DNA of 64,000 bases. Source: Escherichia coli. GTDB lineage: Bacteria > Pseudomonadota > Gammaproteobacteria > Enterobacterales > Enterobacteriaceae. The stretch is taken from NCBI RefSeq assembly GCF_044324875.1, contig NZ_CP172185.1, one strand, 5' to 3'. Shown here piece by piece: positions 12,287 through 23,868 of the stretch (the stretch's first letter is position 1; the number at the start of each line of letters is the position of its first letter). The notes under the pieces are model-generated. The model saw nothing but the letters and a program-made list of their open reading frames with translations. It searched no databases and was not told the origin of the DNA. The position numbers and the translations under genes are program-made.

Positions 12287-12787
12287 TCAGGCTTTATTTT
12301 CGGCTTTCTTATTTACGTTATTAAGGGCCAGATCAGTCAGTTTGATGTCTGTGGCCTTTTCTTCTTCCAAAGTTTCTTTCAGAAGCTTCGCTGCTTTACG
12401 GTAACCTAATTGTTCAGCCAGCGTCGCTAAGGTCCCGTAACTGGCGATCTCATAGTGCTCGACTTTCTGTGCAGCGGCAATTAGTGCGGCATCACGTACT
12501 TCGTTTTTCTCGGTGCTTTCGATGACCTCATTAGCTTCTTCAATGAGACCTTCCATTGCCACACATTTCATGCGCTTAATTTTCAGGTTCGATTCAGATT
12601 CCACAACTTGATCAATTCGTTCAATCTGTCCATGAGTTTCCTCGAGGTGCGCATGAAAAGCCTGACTTAATTTTTCATTTGATGTTGCTCTTGCGAGTTT
12701 TGCCAGTGCCCGGGTTAATTGTTTTTCTGCGCTGTAGGTATCTGAAAGCAGGTGAATAAATACATCTTCAATGGTCTTCATATTCAT
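12287..12787 (-). CDS. yciF: Ferritin-like stress protein YciF (DUF892)
   Basis: Trimmed to MNMKTIEDVFIHLLSDTYSAEKQL, giving 166 aa, the remembered length. Confidence 0.92.
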   Translation of the reverse strand: MNMKTIEDVFIHLLSDTYSAEKQLTRALAKLARATSNEKLSQAFHAHLEETHGQIERIDQVVESESNLKIKRMKCVAMEGLIEEANEVIESTEKNEVRDAALIAAAQKVEHYEIASYGTLATLAEQLGYRKAAKLLKETLEEEKATDIKLTDLALNNVNKKAENKA

Positions 12788-12872
12788 ATTTTTCTCCAGT
12801 GAAATCACTGCGAGCCATACGGCCCGCAGATGCAATTATCTTTATCAGCTGATATTAATAATTAACGGTGAA

Positions 12873-13052
12873 TCAGGATTTTCCTGATTTATTACCACCG
12901 CTTTGTTGACCGCCTTTTTTACCCGCTTCGGATGCGCGTTGCGGATCATTTTTAAAATTACCGCCGCTATGCTGACCGCCTTTACGGCCTGCGTCGGATG
13001 CCTTCTCACGGTCTTCGGCGAAATTTCCTGAACCACCACGATGTTCGGCCAT
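12873..13052 (-). CDS. yciG: Stress-induced KGG-repeat protein YciG
   Basis: Trimmed to MAEHRGGSGNFAEDREKASDAGRKGGQHSGGNF..., 59 aa, with repeated (K)KGGQxSGGN motifs. Confidence 0.88.
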   Translation of the reverse strand: MAEHRGGSGNFAEDREKASDAGRKGGQHSGGNFKNDPQRASEAGKKGGQQSGGNKSGKS

Positions 13053-13399
13053 GTTATTTCTCCCGTTGCGTTGCATTGTTTCATTAATATGAGTGTTGTG
13101 TGTCGACACTCATTAAAATTAGTCGCTAATGAGAATTAGTCAAATTAAGCGTAACGAGAAGAAAATGGGAAAATATATTATGAGGAAAGTTCTTGATATA
13201 TTAACAATTGCCTGAGGAATAAGTGACTTAGAGAAAATTATTGATTTTACTGGTGTTATGTTGCGGGATTAATTTATTTGATTATATTACTGTTGGGCGG
13301 AAAAATGACGTAAGTTGACGTTCGACAGGGGTAAGCGAAACGGTAAAAAGATAAATATTAAATGAATTTAGGATTTTTCTGGCTTCGTTAAAGAAAGTT

Positions 13400-13426
13400 A
13401 AAATGCCGCCAGCGGAACTGGCGGCT
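13400..13426 (-). terminator. trp operon terminator (trp t)
   Basis: The minus strand reads cagccgccag-ttccg-ctggcggcatttt immediately after the trpA stop. This matches the classical trp t hairpin. Confidence 0.9.
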
Positions 13427-13432
13427 GTGGGA

Positions 13433-14239
13433 TTAACTGCGCGTCGCCGCTTTCATCGGTTGTACAAAAACTTTCAGTGCCACCAGCATTTTCTCTGGCT
13501 CATTAATATGTTGCTCGATGATTTTAACAATGGCTGAACCTGAAATCGCGCCTGCAGCTCCTGCATCAATCGCTGCTTTGACCTGATCCGGGGCGGAAAT
13601 ACCAAATCCCTGCAATGGAGGTGCAGCGTTGTACTCTTTCAGCTTCGCAACCAGATGATCGAGGGGTAACGCGGCGCGGTTTTCTGCGCCGGTCACGCCC
13701 GCACGTGACAATAAATAGGTGTATCCACGACCGTAGGAGGCTATCTGGCGCAGCAAATCATCGTCGGCATTCGGCGGGCAAATAAAGATAGGTGCGACAT
13801 TATGACGCAACGCGGCCTGGCGGAAGGGAGCGGACTCTTCCACTGGCACATCGGCAACCAGCACCGAATCGACGCCGACTTTCTCGCACTGGGCATAAAA
13901 CTCATCAATGCCTTTGTTAAACACCAGGTTGGCATACATCAAAAGGCCGATGGGAATGGTCGGGTGCTTCTGGCGAATCAGTGCCAGCATCTCAAAGCAC
14001 TGTGCCGGGGTCACACCTGCCGCAAAGGCACGCAGTGTGGCGTTTTGAATCGTCGGGCCATCCGCCAGTGGGTCGGAGAAGGGGATACCTAACTCCAGCG
14101 CGTCAGCACCGGCTTCAATTAGCGTGTCGATAATTTTCAGCGACTGCTCAATGCCCGGATCACCGAGCGTGACGAAAGGAACGAATGCGCCTTCTTTGCG
14201 CTCCTTCAACTGGGCAAACAGAGATTCGTAGCGTTCCAT
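13433..14239 (-). CDS. trpA: Tryptophan synthase alpha subunit
   Basis: 268 aa, [28 protein letters not shown]. The start overlaps the trpB stop (TGATG coupling). Confidence 0.98.
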   Translation of the reverse strand: MERYESLFAQLKERKEGAFVPFVTLGDPGIEQSLKIIDTLIEAGADALELGIPFSDPLADGPTIQNATLRAFAAGVTPAQCFEMLALIRQKHPTIPIGLLMYANLVFNKGIDEFYAQCEKVGVDSVLVADVPVEESAPFRQAALRHNVAPIFICPPNADDDLLRQIASYGRGYTYLLSRAGVTGAENRAALPLDHLVAKLKEYNAAPPLQGFGISAPDQVKAAIDAGAAGAISGSAIVKIIEQHINEPEKMLVALKVFVQPMKAATRS

Positions 14240-15432
14240 CAGATTTCCCCTCGTGCTTTCAAAATATCGTGAACGGTGAAGATGTCTTTATCGCCGCGAC
14301 CGGAAAGGTTAACCACCAGTAGCTGCTCTTTTTCCGGGTTTTCGCGCATCATTTTCAGCGCATGGGCCAGGGCGTGGGAGGATTCTAGCGCCGGGATGAT
14401 CCCTTCGTGCAGGCACAGCGTTTTGAAGGCTTCCAGTGCTTCATCATCGGTAATTGACACGTAATCAGCGCGTCCAGTGCTGTTAAGATACGCGTGTTGT
14501 GGGCCGACAGACGGGAAATCCAGTCCGGCGGAGATGGAGTAAGATTCTTCAATCTGTCCGTCTTCGGTTTGCATCATCGGCGCTTTCATACCGAAATAGA
14601 TGCCCACGCGACCGTGTTTTAACGGTGCGCCGTGCTCGCCAGTTTCGATACCGTGACCGCCTGGTTCGACACCAATCAGGCCGACGTCGGTTTCGTTGAT
14701 AAAATCAGCAAACATGCCGATGGCATTCGAACCGCCGCCAACACAGGCGATAACCGCATCCGGCAGGCGACCTTCTCTTTCCAGAATCTGCGCTTTCGTT
14801 TCTTCGCCAATCATTCGCTGAAACTCACGCACAATGGTCGGGTAAGGATGCGGGCCAGCCGCGGTGCCCAGCATATAGTGCGCGGTTTCATAACTGCCGG
14901 ACCAGTCGCGTAGCGCCTCATTACAGGCATCTTTCAGCGTCGCGGAACCGCTATGCACCGGGATCACTTCCGCACCCATTAAGCGCATACGAAAAACGTT
15001 AGGCGACTGGCGCTCGACGTCTTTGGCACCCATATAAATGCGACATTTCAGGCCGAGCAGGGCGCTGGCAAGGGCCGACGCCACGCCATGCTGACCGGCT
15101 CCGGTTTCGGCGATGATTTCCGTTTTACCCATCCGCTTCGCCAGCAACGCCTGGCCGAGCACCTGGTTGGTTTTATGCGCGCCGCCGTGCAGCAAATCTT
15201 CGCGCTTCAGATACAGCGTGGTGTTCGTGCCAGCCGTAATGTTCTGGCATTTGGTCAGCGCGGTTGGACGCCCGGCATAGTTTTTCAGCAGGTCGTTGAA
15301 CTGAGCCTGAAATTCAGGATCTTTTTGCGCACTGACAAAAGCTTCTTCCAGCTGGCGCAGAGCAGGCATCAGGATTTGTGGCACGTACATGCCGCCAAAC
15401 TCACCAAAATAGGGGTTAAGTAATGTTGTCAT
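14239..15432 (-). CDS. trpB: Tryptophan synthase beta subunit
   Basis: 397 aa, with the PLP-lysine motif HGGAHKTNQ. Confidence 0.98.
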
Positions 15433-15443
15433 TGTTCCTTTCC

Positions 15444-16805
15444 TTAATATGCGCGCAGCGTCTGGAAAACCGAGGCCAAAAGACGTGCGTCTTTGATGCC
15501 CGGTTGCGACTCTACAGCAGAATTAAAATCAAGTCCGGCGCAGCCGGTTTGTGCCGCTTCCACGCAGTTATCTGCGCCTAAGCCCCCCGCCAGCAGAACG
15601 TTGCAAAGCGATTGACCGTTTAACAGTGACCAGTCGAAACGTTGCCCGCTTCCACCCTGGCCGTTGTCTAAAACATATTTATCAACGTGCTGAAGCTCGC
15701 GGGCTGGCAGGGTTTCACCGACGCTTAATGCTTTCCAGATGGCAACGTTTTCAGGCAGCGCACCACGCAGCGTATCGATATACAGCTGATCTTCATTACC
15801 ATGCAGTTGCACTGCTGCCAGCGATAACACCTTAGCTTTGTCCACCACATCGGCAATATCGTGATTGCGGAACACGCCAACATACTGCAACGGTGCCGCA
15901 GCCATCACTTCCTGCGCCTGTTCAACGTTGACGCAACGCGGTGACGTCGCAACAAAAATCAACCCACCGTAAATTGCGCCCGCGTCATAAGCTGCTTTAG
16001 CATCTTGCCCACGCGTCAGGCCACATACTTTATTCTCACCCAGCAACACCCGGCGCACGGCGGCGTGCAAATCGTCATGGGCCATCAACGCCGAACCAAT
16101 CAGAAAACCGTTAGCGAAGTGGCTTAACTCGCGCACCTGAGCGTAAGTATTGATGCCGGATTCGCTGATTACCGTCACGTTGTGCCCCAGTTTCGGCGCA
16201 AGCTCGCGGGTACGGTTGAGATCAATCGACAAATCACGCAGATCGCGGTTGTTGATGCCAACGACCTTTGCCCCCAATGCAATGGCACGCTCCAGTTCCT
16301 CTTCATTACTGACTTCGGTCAGCACACCCATCTCCAGACTGTGGGCGACGGCGGCAAGCTGGCGATATTGTTCGTCATCAAGTACTGAAAGCATTAATAA
16401 GCAGGCATCGGCCTGGTAATAGCGCGCCAGATAGATCTGGTAAGGGTCGATTATGAAGTCTTTACATAAAATCGGCTGCGGGGCGATTTGACTGACGATG
16501 GGGAGGAAATCAAAGCTCCCCTGAAAATATTTCTCATCAGTCAGCACCGAAATTGCCGAAGCGTAATGTTTATAAATGGCGGCAATGCGTGCCGGATCGA
16601 AATCATCACGGATCACGCCTTTTGACGGCGACGCTTTTTTACACTCCAGAATAAACGCCGTGCGTGCGCCCTGAAGTGCATCATAAAAATGTCGCGTGCT
16701 CGGCTGAACCACATTCTGAAAACTGGCCAGCGGTTGCTGTTCTTTGCGGGTTTCTACCCAAATCGCCTTGTCTGCGACGATTTTCGCTAAAACGGTTTGC
16801 ATCAT
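15444..16805 (-). CDS. trpC: Bifunctional indole-3-glycerol-phosphate synthase / phosphoribosylanthranilate isomerase
   Basis: 453 aa, [18 protein letters not shown]. The start abuts the trpD stop (TAAATGATG). Confidence 0.98.
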
Positions 16806-18401
16806 TTACCCTCGTGCCGCCAGTGCGGTGACTCTGTCGTAAGCGGAACCACTGCGCAGTACCTCAAGAACGGTTTGCGCATTGGCTTGCAGATCTTCAT
16901 GGCCATGCAGGCGCATTAACATGGCGACATTCGCCGCGACGGCTGCTTCATGGGCGGCGTCGCCTTTACCTTGTAACAAGCGTGTTAAAATGTCACGGTT
17001 TTCTTCCGGTGTTCCGCCTGCCAGTTGCTCCTGGTGGTAGGGGGTCAGGCCAAAATCTTCAGCGGTCAATTGATAGCTCTTAATTTCGCCGTCATGCAGT
17101 TCGGCAACGATTGTCGGCGCGTGTAATGAAACTTCATCCATCCCGCCGCTGTGCACCACTGCCGCGCGTTGATACCCCAGCACGCGCAAGGTTTCGGCAA
17201 TCGGTAGCACCAGTTCCGGACTATAAACACCAATTAACGCCAGCGGCGGATGCGCCGGGTTAATCAATGGCCCCAGCACATTGAACAGGGTGCGGGTTTT
17301 CAGTTGCTGGCGAACCGGCATCGCGTGGCGGAATCCGGTGTGATATTTCGGCGCAAAGAGGAAACATACGCCTAACTCATCCAGCGCCTGGCGCGATTTA
17401 TCGGCGTTCATATCAAGATTAATACCGAATGCCGCCAGCAGATCCGACGAGCCGGATTTACTGGAGACGCTGCGGTTACCGTGTTTCGCCACTTTCAGCC
17501 CACAGGCCGCGGCGACAAACGCACTGGCGGTAGAAATATTGATGCTGTTGCTGCCGTCACCGCCAGTACCGACGATATCAGCAAACAGATAATCCGGGCG
17601 CGGGAACGGCGCTGCGTTTTCCAGTAGCGCGGTTGCTGCCCCGGCGATCTCGTTCGGGTGCTCACCGCGAATTTTCATGCTCACCAGCGCCGCCGCCAGT
17701 TGTTCCGGCTTCAGCTCGCCACGCACCACCGCTGAAAACAGCTGGTGACTTTCTTGTTGGCTAAGCGTCTGCGCCTGATACAGTTTTTCCAGAATCGGTT
17801 GCAGCGTGTTAGTCGGTTCCAGTTTCTGCTGCGCCCAGGCCAATGTTTGTTCCAGCAGGCGAGCGCCCTGGGTAGTAAGAATGGATTCCGGATGGAACTG
17901 GAATCCACAAACGCGATCTGCATCGTGACGCACCGCCATCACCATGCCATTAAAATGGGCGTTGATGGTTAAACCGGCCGGAATGTTACTGCCAACCAGC
18001 GAGTGATAACGCGCCACTGGCAGCGGGTTTGTTAATCCGGCAAACATCGCCTGACCGTCATGTTCAATGCTGGAGGCTTTACCGTGAAGAATTTCGCCCG
18101 CCTGACCGACATACCCCCCATAAGCTTCGACAATCGCCTGATGACCGAGGCAAATGCCAATAATTGGCAGCTTGCCGCGCAGGCGGGTGAGGAGTTCCGG
18201 CATACAACCGGCTTCGCTTGGCACACCGGGGCCAGGAGAAAGCATCAGCACCGGATTGCTCATTGTCGCCAGGCGTTCAATTAAGGTCTGCGCCGGAATA
18301 TGGTTGCGGTAAATCACCACGTTATGACCATTGCTGCGCAACTGATCTGCCAGGTTGTAAGTAAAAGAGTCGATATTATCGAGCAGCAGAATGTCAGCCA
18401 T
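16806..18401 (-). CDS. trpD: Anthranilate synthase component II (glutamine amidotransferase) fused to anthranilate phosphoribosyltransferase
   Basis: 531 aa. GATase nucleophile motif GICLGHQ in the N-terminal part, PRT domain in the C-terminal part. Confidence 0.98.
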   Translation of the reverse strand: MADILLLDNIDSFTYNLADQLRSNGHNVVIYRNHIPAQTLIERLATMSNPVLMLSPGPGVPSEAGCMPELLTRLRGKLPIIGICLGHQAIVEAYGGYVGQAGEILHGKASSIEHDGQAMFAGLTNPLPVARYHSLVGSNIPAGLTINAHFNGMVMAVRHDADRVCGFQFHPESILTTQGARLLEQTLAWAQQKLEPTNTLQPILEKLYQAQTLSQQESHQLFSAVVRGELKPEQLAAALVSMKIRGEHPNEIAGAATALLENAAPFPRPDYLFADIVGTGGDGSNSINISTASAFVAAACGLKVAKHGNRSVSSKSGSSDLLAAFGINLDMNADKSRQALDELGVCFLFAPKYHTGFRHAMPVRQQLKTRTLFNVLGPLINPAHPPLALIGVYSPELVLPIAETLRVLGYQRAAVVHSGGMDEVSLHAPTIVAELHDGEIKSYQLTAEDFGLTPYHQEQLAGGTPEENRDILTRLLQGKGDAAHEAAVAANVAMLMRLHGHEDLQANAQTVLEVLRSGSAYDRVTALAARG

Positions 18402-19963
18402 CAGAAAGTCTCCTGTGCATGGTGCGCGGTGGCGATAGCGCGCAGTACAGCGCGGGCTTTATTTCGGGTTTCGTCGGCTTCCGACTGCGGAACAGAATCA
18501 AGGACTACGCCAGCACCGGCTTGCACGGTGGCGATACCGTTTTCCACCAGCGCCGAGCGGATCACAATGCAGGTGTCGAGATCGCCATGCGCGGTGAAAT
18601 AACCTACCGCGCCGCCGTAGCTGCCGCGGCGACGACCTTCCGCCTCGGCAATTAACTGCATAGCGCGTACTTTCGGTGCACCGCTTAACGTCCCCATATT
18701 CATACAGGCGCGGTAAGCGTGCAGGGCGTCGAGATCGTGGCGCAGCTCACCGACCACGCGGGAGACCAGGTGCATCACGTAAGAGTAACGGTCAACTTTG
18801 GTGAGATCGGCGACGTAGCGGCTGCCGGGGGTGCAAATGCGCGCCAGGTCATTACGGGCGAGATCCACCAGCATCAGATGTTCAGAAAGCTCTTTATGAT
18901 CGGTACGCATTTCCAGTTCGATGCGGCTGTCGAGGTCTCTGTCCAGCGAGCCATCGGCGCGACGACCGCGCGGGCGTGTTCCGGCAATCGGGTAGATCTC
19001 AATCTGGCGGCTGGTGGCGTCATACTTGAGCGAACTTTCCGGCGACGCGCCAAACAGGGTGAAATCATTATCCTGCATAAAAAACATGTACGGGCTGGGA
19101 TTACTCTTTTTCAGCACGTAATAGGCCGCCAGCGGTGACGGGCAGGGCAGAGAGAAACGGCGAGATGGTACGACCTGGAAAATTTCTCCGGCGCGAATCG
19201 CTTTTTGCAACAAACGCACTACGCCACCGAACTCTTCATCGCTCTGGTTACATTCACAACGCATATGCGGCACGGAAACCACCGGCAGCGGTGGCGCGGT
19301 TTCAGTCAGTTGCTGGCGAAGATCGTTCAGGCGAGCAGTGAGACGTTGTTTTTCTTCTTCATTCGGAGCAAACAGACTGGCCTGAATGCGGGTGCTTTTT
19401 TTCTGATGGTCAATCACCATCAGCGTTTCAGCGAGATAAAAACAGAAATCAGGGCAGTTATTTTCCGCTGACAGTTGCGGTAAATCTTCAAACCCCACCA
19501 CAAGGTCATAAGAGAACAGGCCGCCGAAGAACATTGCTTCTCGTTCTTCCTTCGGTACATGCAACAGATTCTGTAATAAGCGGAAAGCGTCAAAAACCGA
19601 AAGGGAGCATAAGCGGGCGTCTTCATCCAGCAGTGGACTGACAGGGGGGAAGCGCAGCACACGGCAGTTTGGTGATTGTTCATTTTCCACACCCGCAGGC
19701 AGGGCGTTATCCAGTAGTGCCAGCAGGGCTTCACCATTGCCGGAAAGTGCCTGAATTGTGACCGTGTCACCTAATGCTGTAATGCGCAGCGCACTGTCTA
19801 CCAGCAGCAGGCTTTTTAAATCATCTTTGCTGTCGATATCTGCGGATTCCAGCAGCAGCGTTGCTGGACGATTCCCACACAACTGGTGAAAAAGCGCAGT
19901 CGGGTTGTCGCGATAAGCGCCTTCGCAGGTTAGCAGTTCAAGAGTCGGTTTTTGTGTTTGCAT
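18401..19963 (-). CDS. trpE: Anthranilate synthase component I
   Basis: 520 aa, [30 protein letters not shown]. The stop overlaps the trpD start by 1 nt. Confidence 0.98.
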   Translation of the reverse strand: MQTQKPTLELLTCEGAYRDNPTALFHQLCGNRPATLLLESADIDSKDDLKSLLLVDSALRITALGDTVTIQALSGNGEALLALLDNALPAGVENEQSPNCRVLRFPPVSPLLDEDARLCSLSVFDAFRLLQNLLHVPKEEREAMFFGGLFSYDLVVGFEDLPQLSAENNCPDFCFYLAETLMVIDHQKKSTRIQASLFAPNEEEKQRLTARLNDLRQQLTETAPPLPVVSVPHMRCECNQSDEEFGGVVRLLQKAIRAGEIFQVVPSRRFSLPCPSPLAAYYVLKKSNPSPYMFFMQDNDFTLFGASPESSLKYDATSRQIEIYPIAGTRPRGRRADGSLDRDLDSRIELEMRTDHKELSEHLMLVDLARNDLARICTPGSRYVADLTKVDRYSYVMHLVSRVVGELRHDLDALHAYRACMNMGTLSGAPKVRAMQLIAEAEGRRRGSYGGAVGYFTAHGDLDTCIVIRSALVENGIATVQAGAGVVLDSVPQSEADETRNKARAVLRAIATAHHAQETF

Positions 19964-19984
19964 TGTTATTCTCTAATTTTGTTC

Positions 19985-20012
19985 AAAAAAAAGCCCGCTC
20001 ATTAGGCGGGCT
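19985..20012 (-). terminator. trp attenuator 3:4 terminator hairpin
   Basis: The minus strand reads agcccgcc-taatg-agcgggcttttttttg between trpL and trpE, the classical attenuator. Confidence 0.95.
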
Positions 20013-20054
20013 GGGTATCTGATTGCTTTACGCATGGTGAATACACTGCCCGTT

Positions 20055-20099
20055 TCAGGAAGTGCGCCACCAACCTTTCAGTACGAAAATTGCTTTCAT
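20055..20099 (-). CDS. trpL: trp operon leader peptide (14 aa, tandem Trp codons)
   Basis: The minus strand reads ATGAAAGCAATTTTCGTACTGAAAGGTTGGTGGCGCACTTCCTGA, which translates to [14 protein letters not shown]. Confidence 0.97.
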
Positions 20100-20126
20100 T
20101 GTCGATACCCTTTTTACGTGAACTTG

Positions 20127-20161
20127 CGTACTAGTTAACTAGTTCGATGATTAATTGTCAA
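20127..20161 (-). promoter_or_regulatory. trp promoter (-35 TTGACA, -10 TTAACT) with overlapping TrpR operator palindrome
   Basis: The minus strand reads TTGACAattaatcatCGAACTAGTTAACTAGTACG, identical to the textbook trp promoter/operator. Confidence 0.95.
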
Positions 20162-20236
20162 CAGCTCATTTCAGAATATTTGCCAGAACCGTTATGATGT
20201 CGGCGCAAAAAACATTATCCAGAACGGGAGTGCGCC

Positions 20237-21118
20237 TTGAGCGACACGAATTACGCAGTGATTTACGACCTGCACAGCCATACCACAGCTTCCGATGGCT
20301 GCCTGACGCCAGAAGCATTGGTGCACCGTGCAGTCGAGATGCGCGTCGGCACCCTGGCGATCACCGACCATGACACCACAGCTGCAATCGCGCCAGCAAG
20401 AGAGGAAATTTCACGTTCGGGACTGGCGCTGAATCTTATTCCCGGCGTGGAAATTTCCACGGTCTGGGAAAATCATGAAATTCATATTGTCGGGCTGAAT
20501 ATTGATATTACTCATCCGCTAATGTGTGAGTTCCTCGCGCAGCAGACAGAACGGCGCAATCAGCGGGCGCAGCTGATTGCCGAAAGACTTGAAAAAGCGC
20601 AAATACCAGGTGCGCTGGAAGGCGCGCAACGACTGGCGCAGGGCGGTGCGGTGACGCGCGGTCATTTTGCGCGTTTCCTTGTGGAGTGCGGCAAAGCCAG
20701 TTCAATGGCGGATGTCTTTAAAAAATATCTGGCGCGCGGGAAAACCGGATACGTTCCGCCACAGTGGTGTACAATAGAACAAGCTATTGATGTCATTCAT
20801 CATTCTGGCGGTAAGGCGGTGCTAGCTCATCCTGGGCGGTACAATCTTAGTGCTAAATGGCTGAAAAGATTGGTTGCGCATTTTGCTGAACACCACGGCG
20901 ACGCGATGGAAGTCGCGCAGTGCCAGCAATCGCCCAATGAACGCACCCAGCTGGCGACACTTGCGCGTCAGCATCATTTATGGGCATCACAAGGATCTGA
21001 TTTTCATCAGCCATGCCCGTGGATCGAACTGGGTCGTAAACTCTGGCTGCCCGCAGGCGTTGAAGGCGTCTGGCAGCTATGGGAACAGCCGCAGAACACC
21101 ACAGAGAGGGAATTATGA
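20237..21118 (+). CDS. yciV: PHP-domain phosphoesterase YciV (TrpH / RNase AM)
   Basis: 293 aa from a TTG start, with gggag 8 nt upstream. PHP motif DLHSHTTASDG. Confidence 0.92.
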   Translation: MSDTNYAVIYDLHSHTTASDGCLTPEALVHRAVEMRVGTLAITDHDTTAAIAPAREEISRSGLALNLIPGVEISTVWENHEIHIVGLNIDITHPLMCEFLAQQTERRNQRAQLIAERLEKAQIPGALEGAQRLAQGGAVTRGHFARFLVECGKASSMADVFKKYLARGKTGYVPPQWCTIEQAIDVIHHSGGKAVLAHPGRYNLSAKWLKRLVAHFAEHHGDAMEVAQCQQSPNERTQLATLARQHHLWASQGSDFHQPCPWIELGRKLWLPAGVEGVWQLWEQPQNTTEREL

Positions 21119-21735
21119 GCCAGTTTTTTTATATTCATCCTGATAATCCGCAGCAACGTCTGATCAACCAAGCGGTGGAGATCGTGCGTAAAGGCGGGGT
21201 GATTGTTTATCCAACCGATTCCGGCTATGCGCTCGGCTGTAAAATTGAAGATAAAAACGCCATGGAGCGTATTTGTCGAATTCGCCAGCTGCCGGACGGT
21301 CACAACTTTACCCTGATGTGTCGCGATCTTTCTGAGCTCTCGACCTATTCATTCGTGGATAACGTTGCGTTTCGTTTGATGAAAAACAACACGCCGGGCA
21401 ACTACACCTTCATCCTGAAAGGGACGAAGGAGGTGCCACGCCGTCTGTTGCAGGAAAAACGCAAAACCATCGGTATGCGTGTGCCTTCTAACCCGATTGC
21501 GCAGGCGTTGCTTGAAGCACTGGGCGAACCGATGCTTTCCACTTCGCTAATGCTGCCAGGCAGCGAATTTACCGAATCCGATCCGGAAGAAATTAAAGAC
21601 CGTCTGGAAAAACAGGTGGACTTGATTATTCACGGCGGCTATCTCGGGCAGAAACCAACAACGGTTATTGATCTTACTGATGATACGCCGGTCGTGGTGC
21701 GTGAAGGCGTAGGTGATGTGAAGCCTTTCTTATAA
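21115..21735 (+). CDS. yciO: Sua5/YciO/YrdC-family RNA-binding protein YciO
   Basis: Trimmed to MSQFFYIHPDNPQQRLINQAVEIVRKGGVIVYPTDSGYALG, 206 aa. Overlaps yciV by 4 nt (ATGA). Confidence 0.93.
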   Translation: MSQFFYIHPDNPQQRLINQAVEIVRKGGVIVYPTDSGYALGCKIEDKNAMERICRIRQLPDGHNFTLMCRDLSELSTYSFVDNVAFRLMKNNTPGNYTFILKGTKEVPRRLLQEKRKTIGMRVPSNPIAQALLEALGEPMLSTSLMLPGSEFTESDPEEIKDRLEKQVDLIIHGGYLGQKPTTVIDLTDDTPVVVREGVGDVKPFL

Positions 21736-21762
21736 CAAATTGCGTTCCACGGATGGAAGACT

Positions 21763-23658
21763 ATGGCAGGGATATATCGCTGCATTTTGCTGTTGATAGT
21801 TGGGCTTTTTTTCTCTTCGTTGAGTTATCCGAAAAACACGGAGATCCCTTTTTATGAAGAAGGGATCTCGCTCTTTGATGTTGAAGCCACTCTGCAACCG
21901 GATGGGGTGCTCGACATCAAAGAAAATATTCATTTTCAGGCGCGAAATCAGCAGATTAAGCACGGATTTTATCGTGATTTACCACGACTCTGGATGCAGC
22001 CTGATGGGGACGCTGCACTGCTGAACTATCATATTGTTGGCGTCACCCGTGATGGTATTCCTGAACCCTGGCATCTTGACTGGCATATCGGGTTAATGAG
22101 TATTGTCGTGGGCGATAAACAACGTTTCTTGCCTCAAGGCGACTATCATTATCAAATTCATTATCAGGTTAAAAATGCTTTCCTGCGTGAGGGAGATTCA
22201 GATCTGTTAATCTGGAACGTGACTGGTAACCACTGGCCGTTTGAAATCTATAAGACCCGATTTTCACTCAAGTTCCCTGATATCGCGGGTAATCCATTTA
22301 GCGAAATCGATCTCTTTACTGGAGAAGAGGGCGACACATATCGAAATGGCCGCATCCTTGAGGACGGAAGAATTGAATCCCGCGATCCGTTTTATCGTGA
22401 AGATTTCACGGTACTCTACCGCTGGCCTCACGCTTTACTTAGCAATGCCCCGGCTCCACAAACGACGAATATTTTCAGCCATCTTCTTTTACCCTCCACG
22501 TCATCGTTGTTAATTTGGTTTCCGTGTCTATTCCTGGTTTGTGGATGGTTATATCTCTGGAAGCGCAGGCCGCAATTTACGCCGGTAGATGTGATTGAAA
22601 CCGATGTCATTCCGCCAGATTACACGCCCGGCATGTTACGTCTCGATGCGAAGCTGGTTTACGACGATAAAGGTTTTTGTGCCGATATCGTAAATCTGAT
22701 TGTGAAAGGCAAAATTCATCTGAAAGATCAGTATGACAAGAACCAGCAAATCCTGATTCGTGTTAATGAAGGCGCGACCAGAAATAATGCGGTATTACTG
22801 CCCGCAGAGAAGTTATTACTGGAAGCGTTATTTCGTAAAGGCGATAAGGTCGTTCTTACGGGGAGACGCAACAGAGTCTTACGCAGTGCATTTTTACGGA
22901 TGCAGAAATTTTATCTGCCGCGTAAAAAGTCTTCGTTTTACCGGCCTGATACGTTTTTGCAATGGGGCGGAATGGCGATATTGGCGGTCATTCTCTATGG
23001 TAACCTGAGTCCCGTAGGTTGGGCAGGAATGAGTCTGGTTGGCGATATGTTTATTATGATCTGCTGGCTTCTTCCTTTTTTATTTTGTTCCCTTGAGCTT
23101 TTGTTTGCCCGCGATGATGACAAGCCTTGCGTTAATCGTGTAATCATCACTTTGTTTTTACCGCTGATTTGTTCAGGCGTGGCCTTTTACTCTCTCTATA
23201 TCAATGTCGGAGATGTATTCTTTTACTGGTATATGCCAGCGGGTTATTTTAGCGCTGTTTTCCTGACCGGTTATCTCACTGGCATAGGGTATATTTTTCT
23301 GCCAAAGTTTACCCAAACTGGGCAGCAACGTTATGCCCACGGTGAAGCTATCGTTAACTATCTTGCGGGTAAAGAGGCAGCAACACACAGTGGGCGGCGG
23401 CGGAAAGGGGAAACACGGAAACTGGATTACGCGTTGTTAGGTTGGGCGGTCTCGGCAAACCTTGGCAGAGAATGGGCAGCACGTATCACCCCATCACTCA
23501 CAGCGGCTGTTCGCGCCCCGGAAATTGCCCGTAGTGGCGTTTTGTTCTCATTACAGATGCACCTGAGTCTGGGGGCCAATACCAGTTTGTTGGGGCGAAG
23601 TTATTCCGGTGGTGGTGCTGGCGGCGGGGCGGGTGGCGGAGGCGGTGGTGGCTGGTAA
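21763..23658 (+). CDS. yciQ: Large membrane protein YciQ (DUF2207)
   Basis: 631 aa. N-terminal signal/anchor, central and C-terminal TM clusters, Gly-rich tail GGGAGGGAGGGGGGGW. Confidence 0.9.
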   Translation: MAGIYRCILLLIVGLFFSSLSYPKNTEIPFYEEGISLFDVEATLQPDGVLDIKENIHFQARNQQIKHGFYRDLPRLWMQPDGDAALLNYHIVGVTRDGIPEPWHLDWHIGLMSIVVGDKQRFLPQGDYHYQIHYQVKNAFLREGDSDLLIWNVTGNHWPFEIYKTRFSLKFPDIAGNPFSEIDLFTGEEGDTYRNGRILEDGRIESRDPFYREDFTVLYRWPHALLSNAPAPQTTNIFSHLLLPSTSSLLIWFPCLFLVCGWLYLWKRRPQFTPVDVIETDVIPPDYTPGMLRLDAKLVYDDKGFCADIVNLIVKGKIHLKDQYDKNQQILIRVNEGATRNNAVLLPAEKLLLEALFRKGDKVVLTGRRNRVLRSAFLRMQKFYLPRKKSSFYRPDTFLQWGGMAILAVILYGNLSPVGWAGMSLVGDMFIMICWLLPFLFCSLELLFARDDDKPCVNRVIITLFLPLICSGVAFYSLYINVGDVFFYWYMPAGYFSAVFLTGYLTGIGYIFLPKFTQTGQQRYAHGEAIVNYLAGKEAATHSGRRRKGETRKLDYALLGWAVSANLGREWAARITPSLTAAVRAPEIARSGVLFSLQMHLSLGANTSLLGRSYSGGGAGGGAGGGGGGGW

Positions 23659-23868
23659 TTAAGCTGATGTTAATCGAAACAAGCTTTAACCATAAAGATA
23701 GTGTAGTATGTTGCGCCTCAAAGCCAGGCCGATAAACGTCGAGTCGTTTACTTAAGGCCTGAAGAGTTCAAACAGACTTTACTATCAGTGAGTCAGATGT
23801 AAGTTCTGACTCACTGTTGCACAAAAGCATATCAGACGCCTGGGAAGGCGACACCAAAAGGAAGCTCT

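Noticed and set aside
23590-23658. GGT/GGC-rich tract that looks like a simple-sequence repeat
   Set aside because: It encodes the Gly-rich C-terminal tail of YciQ (GGGAGGGAGGGGGGGW), a normal feature of DUF2207 proteins. It is not an independent element.
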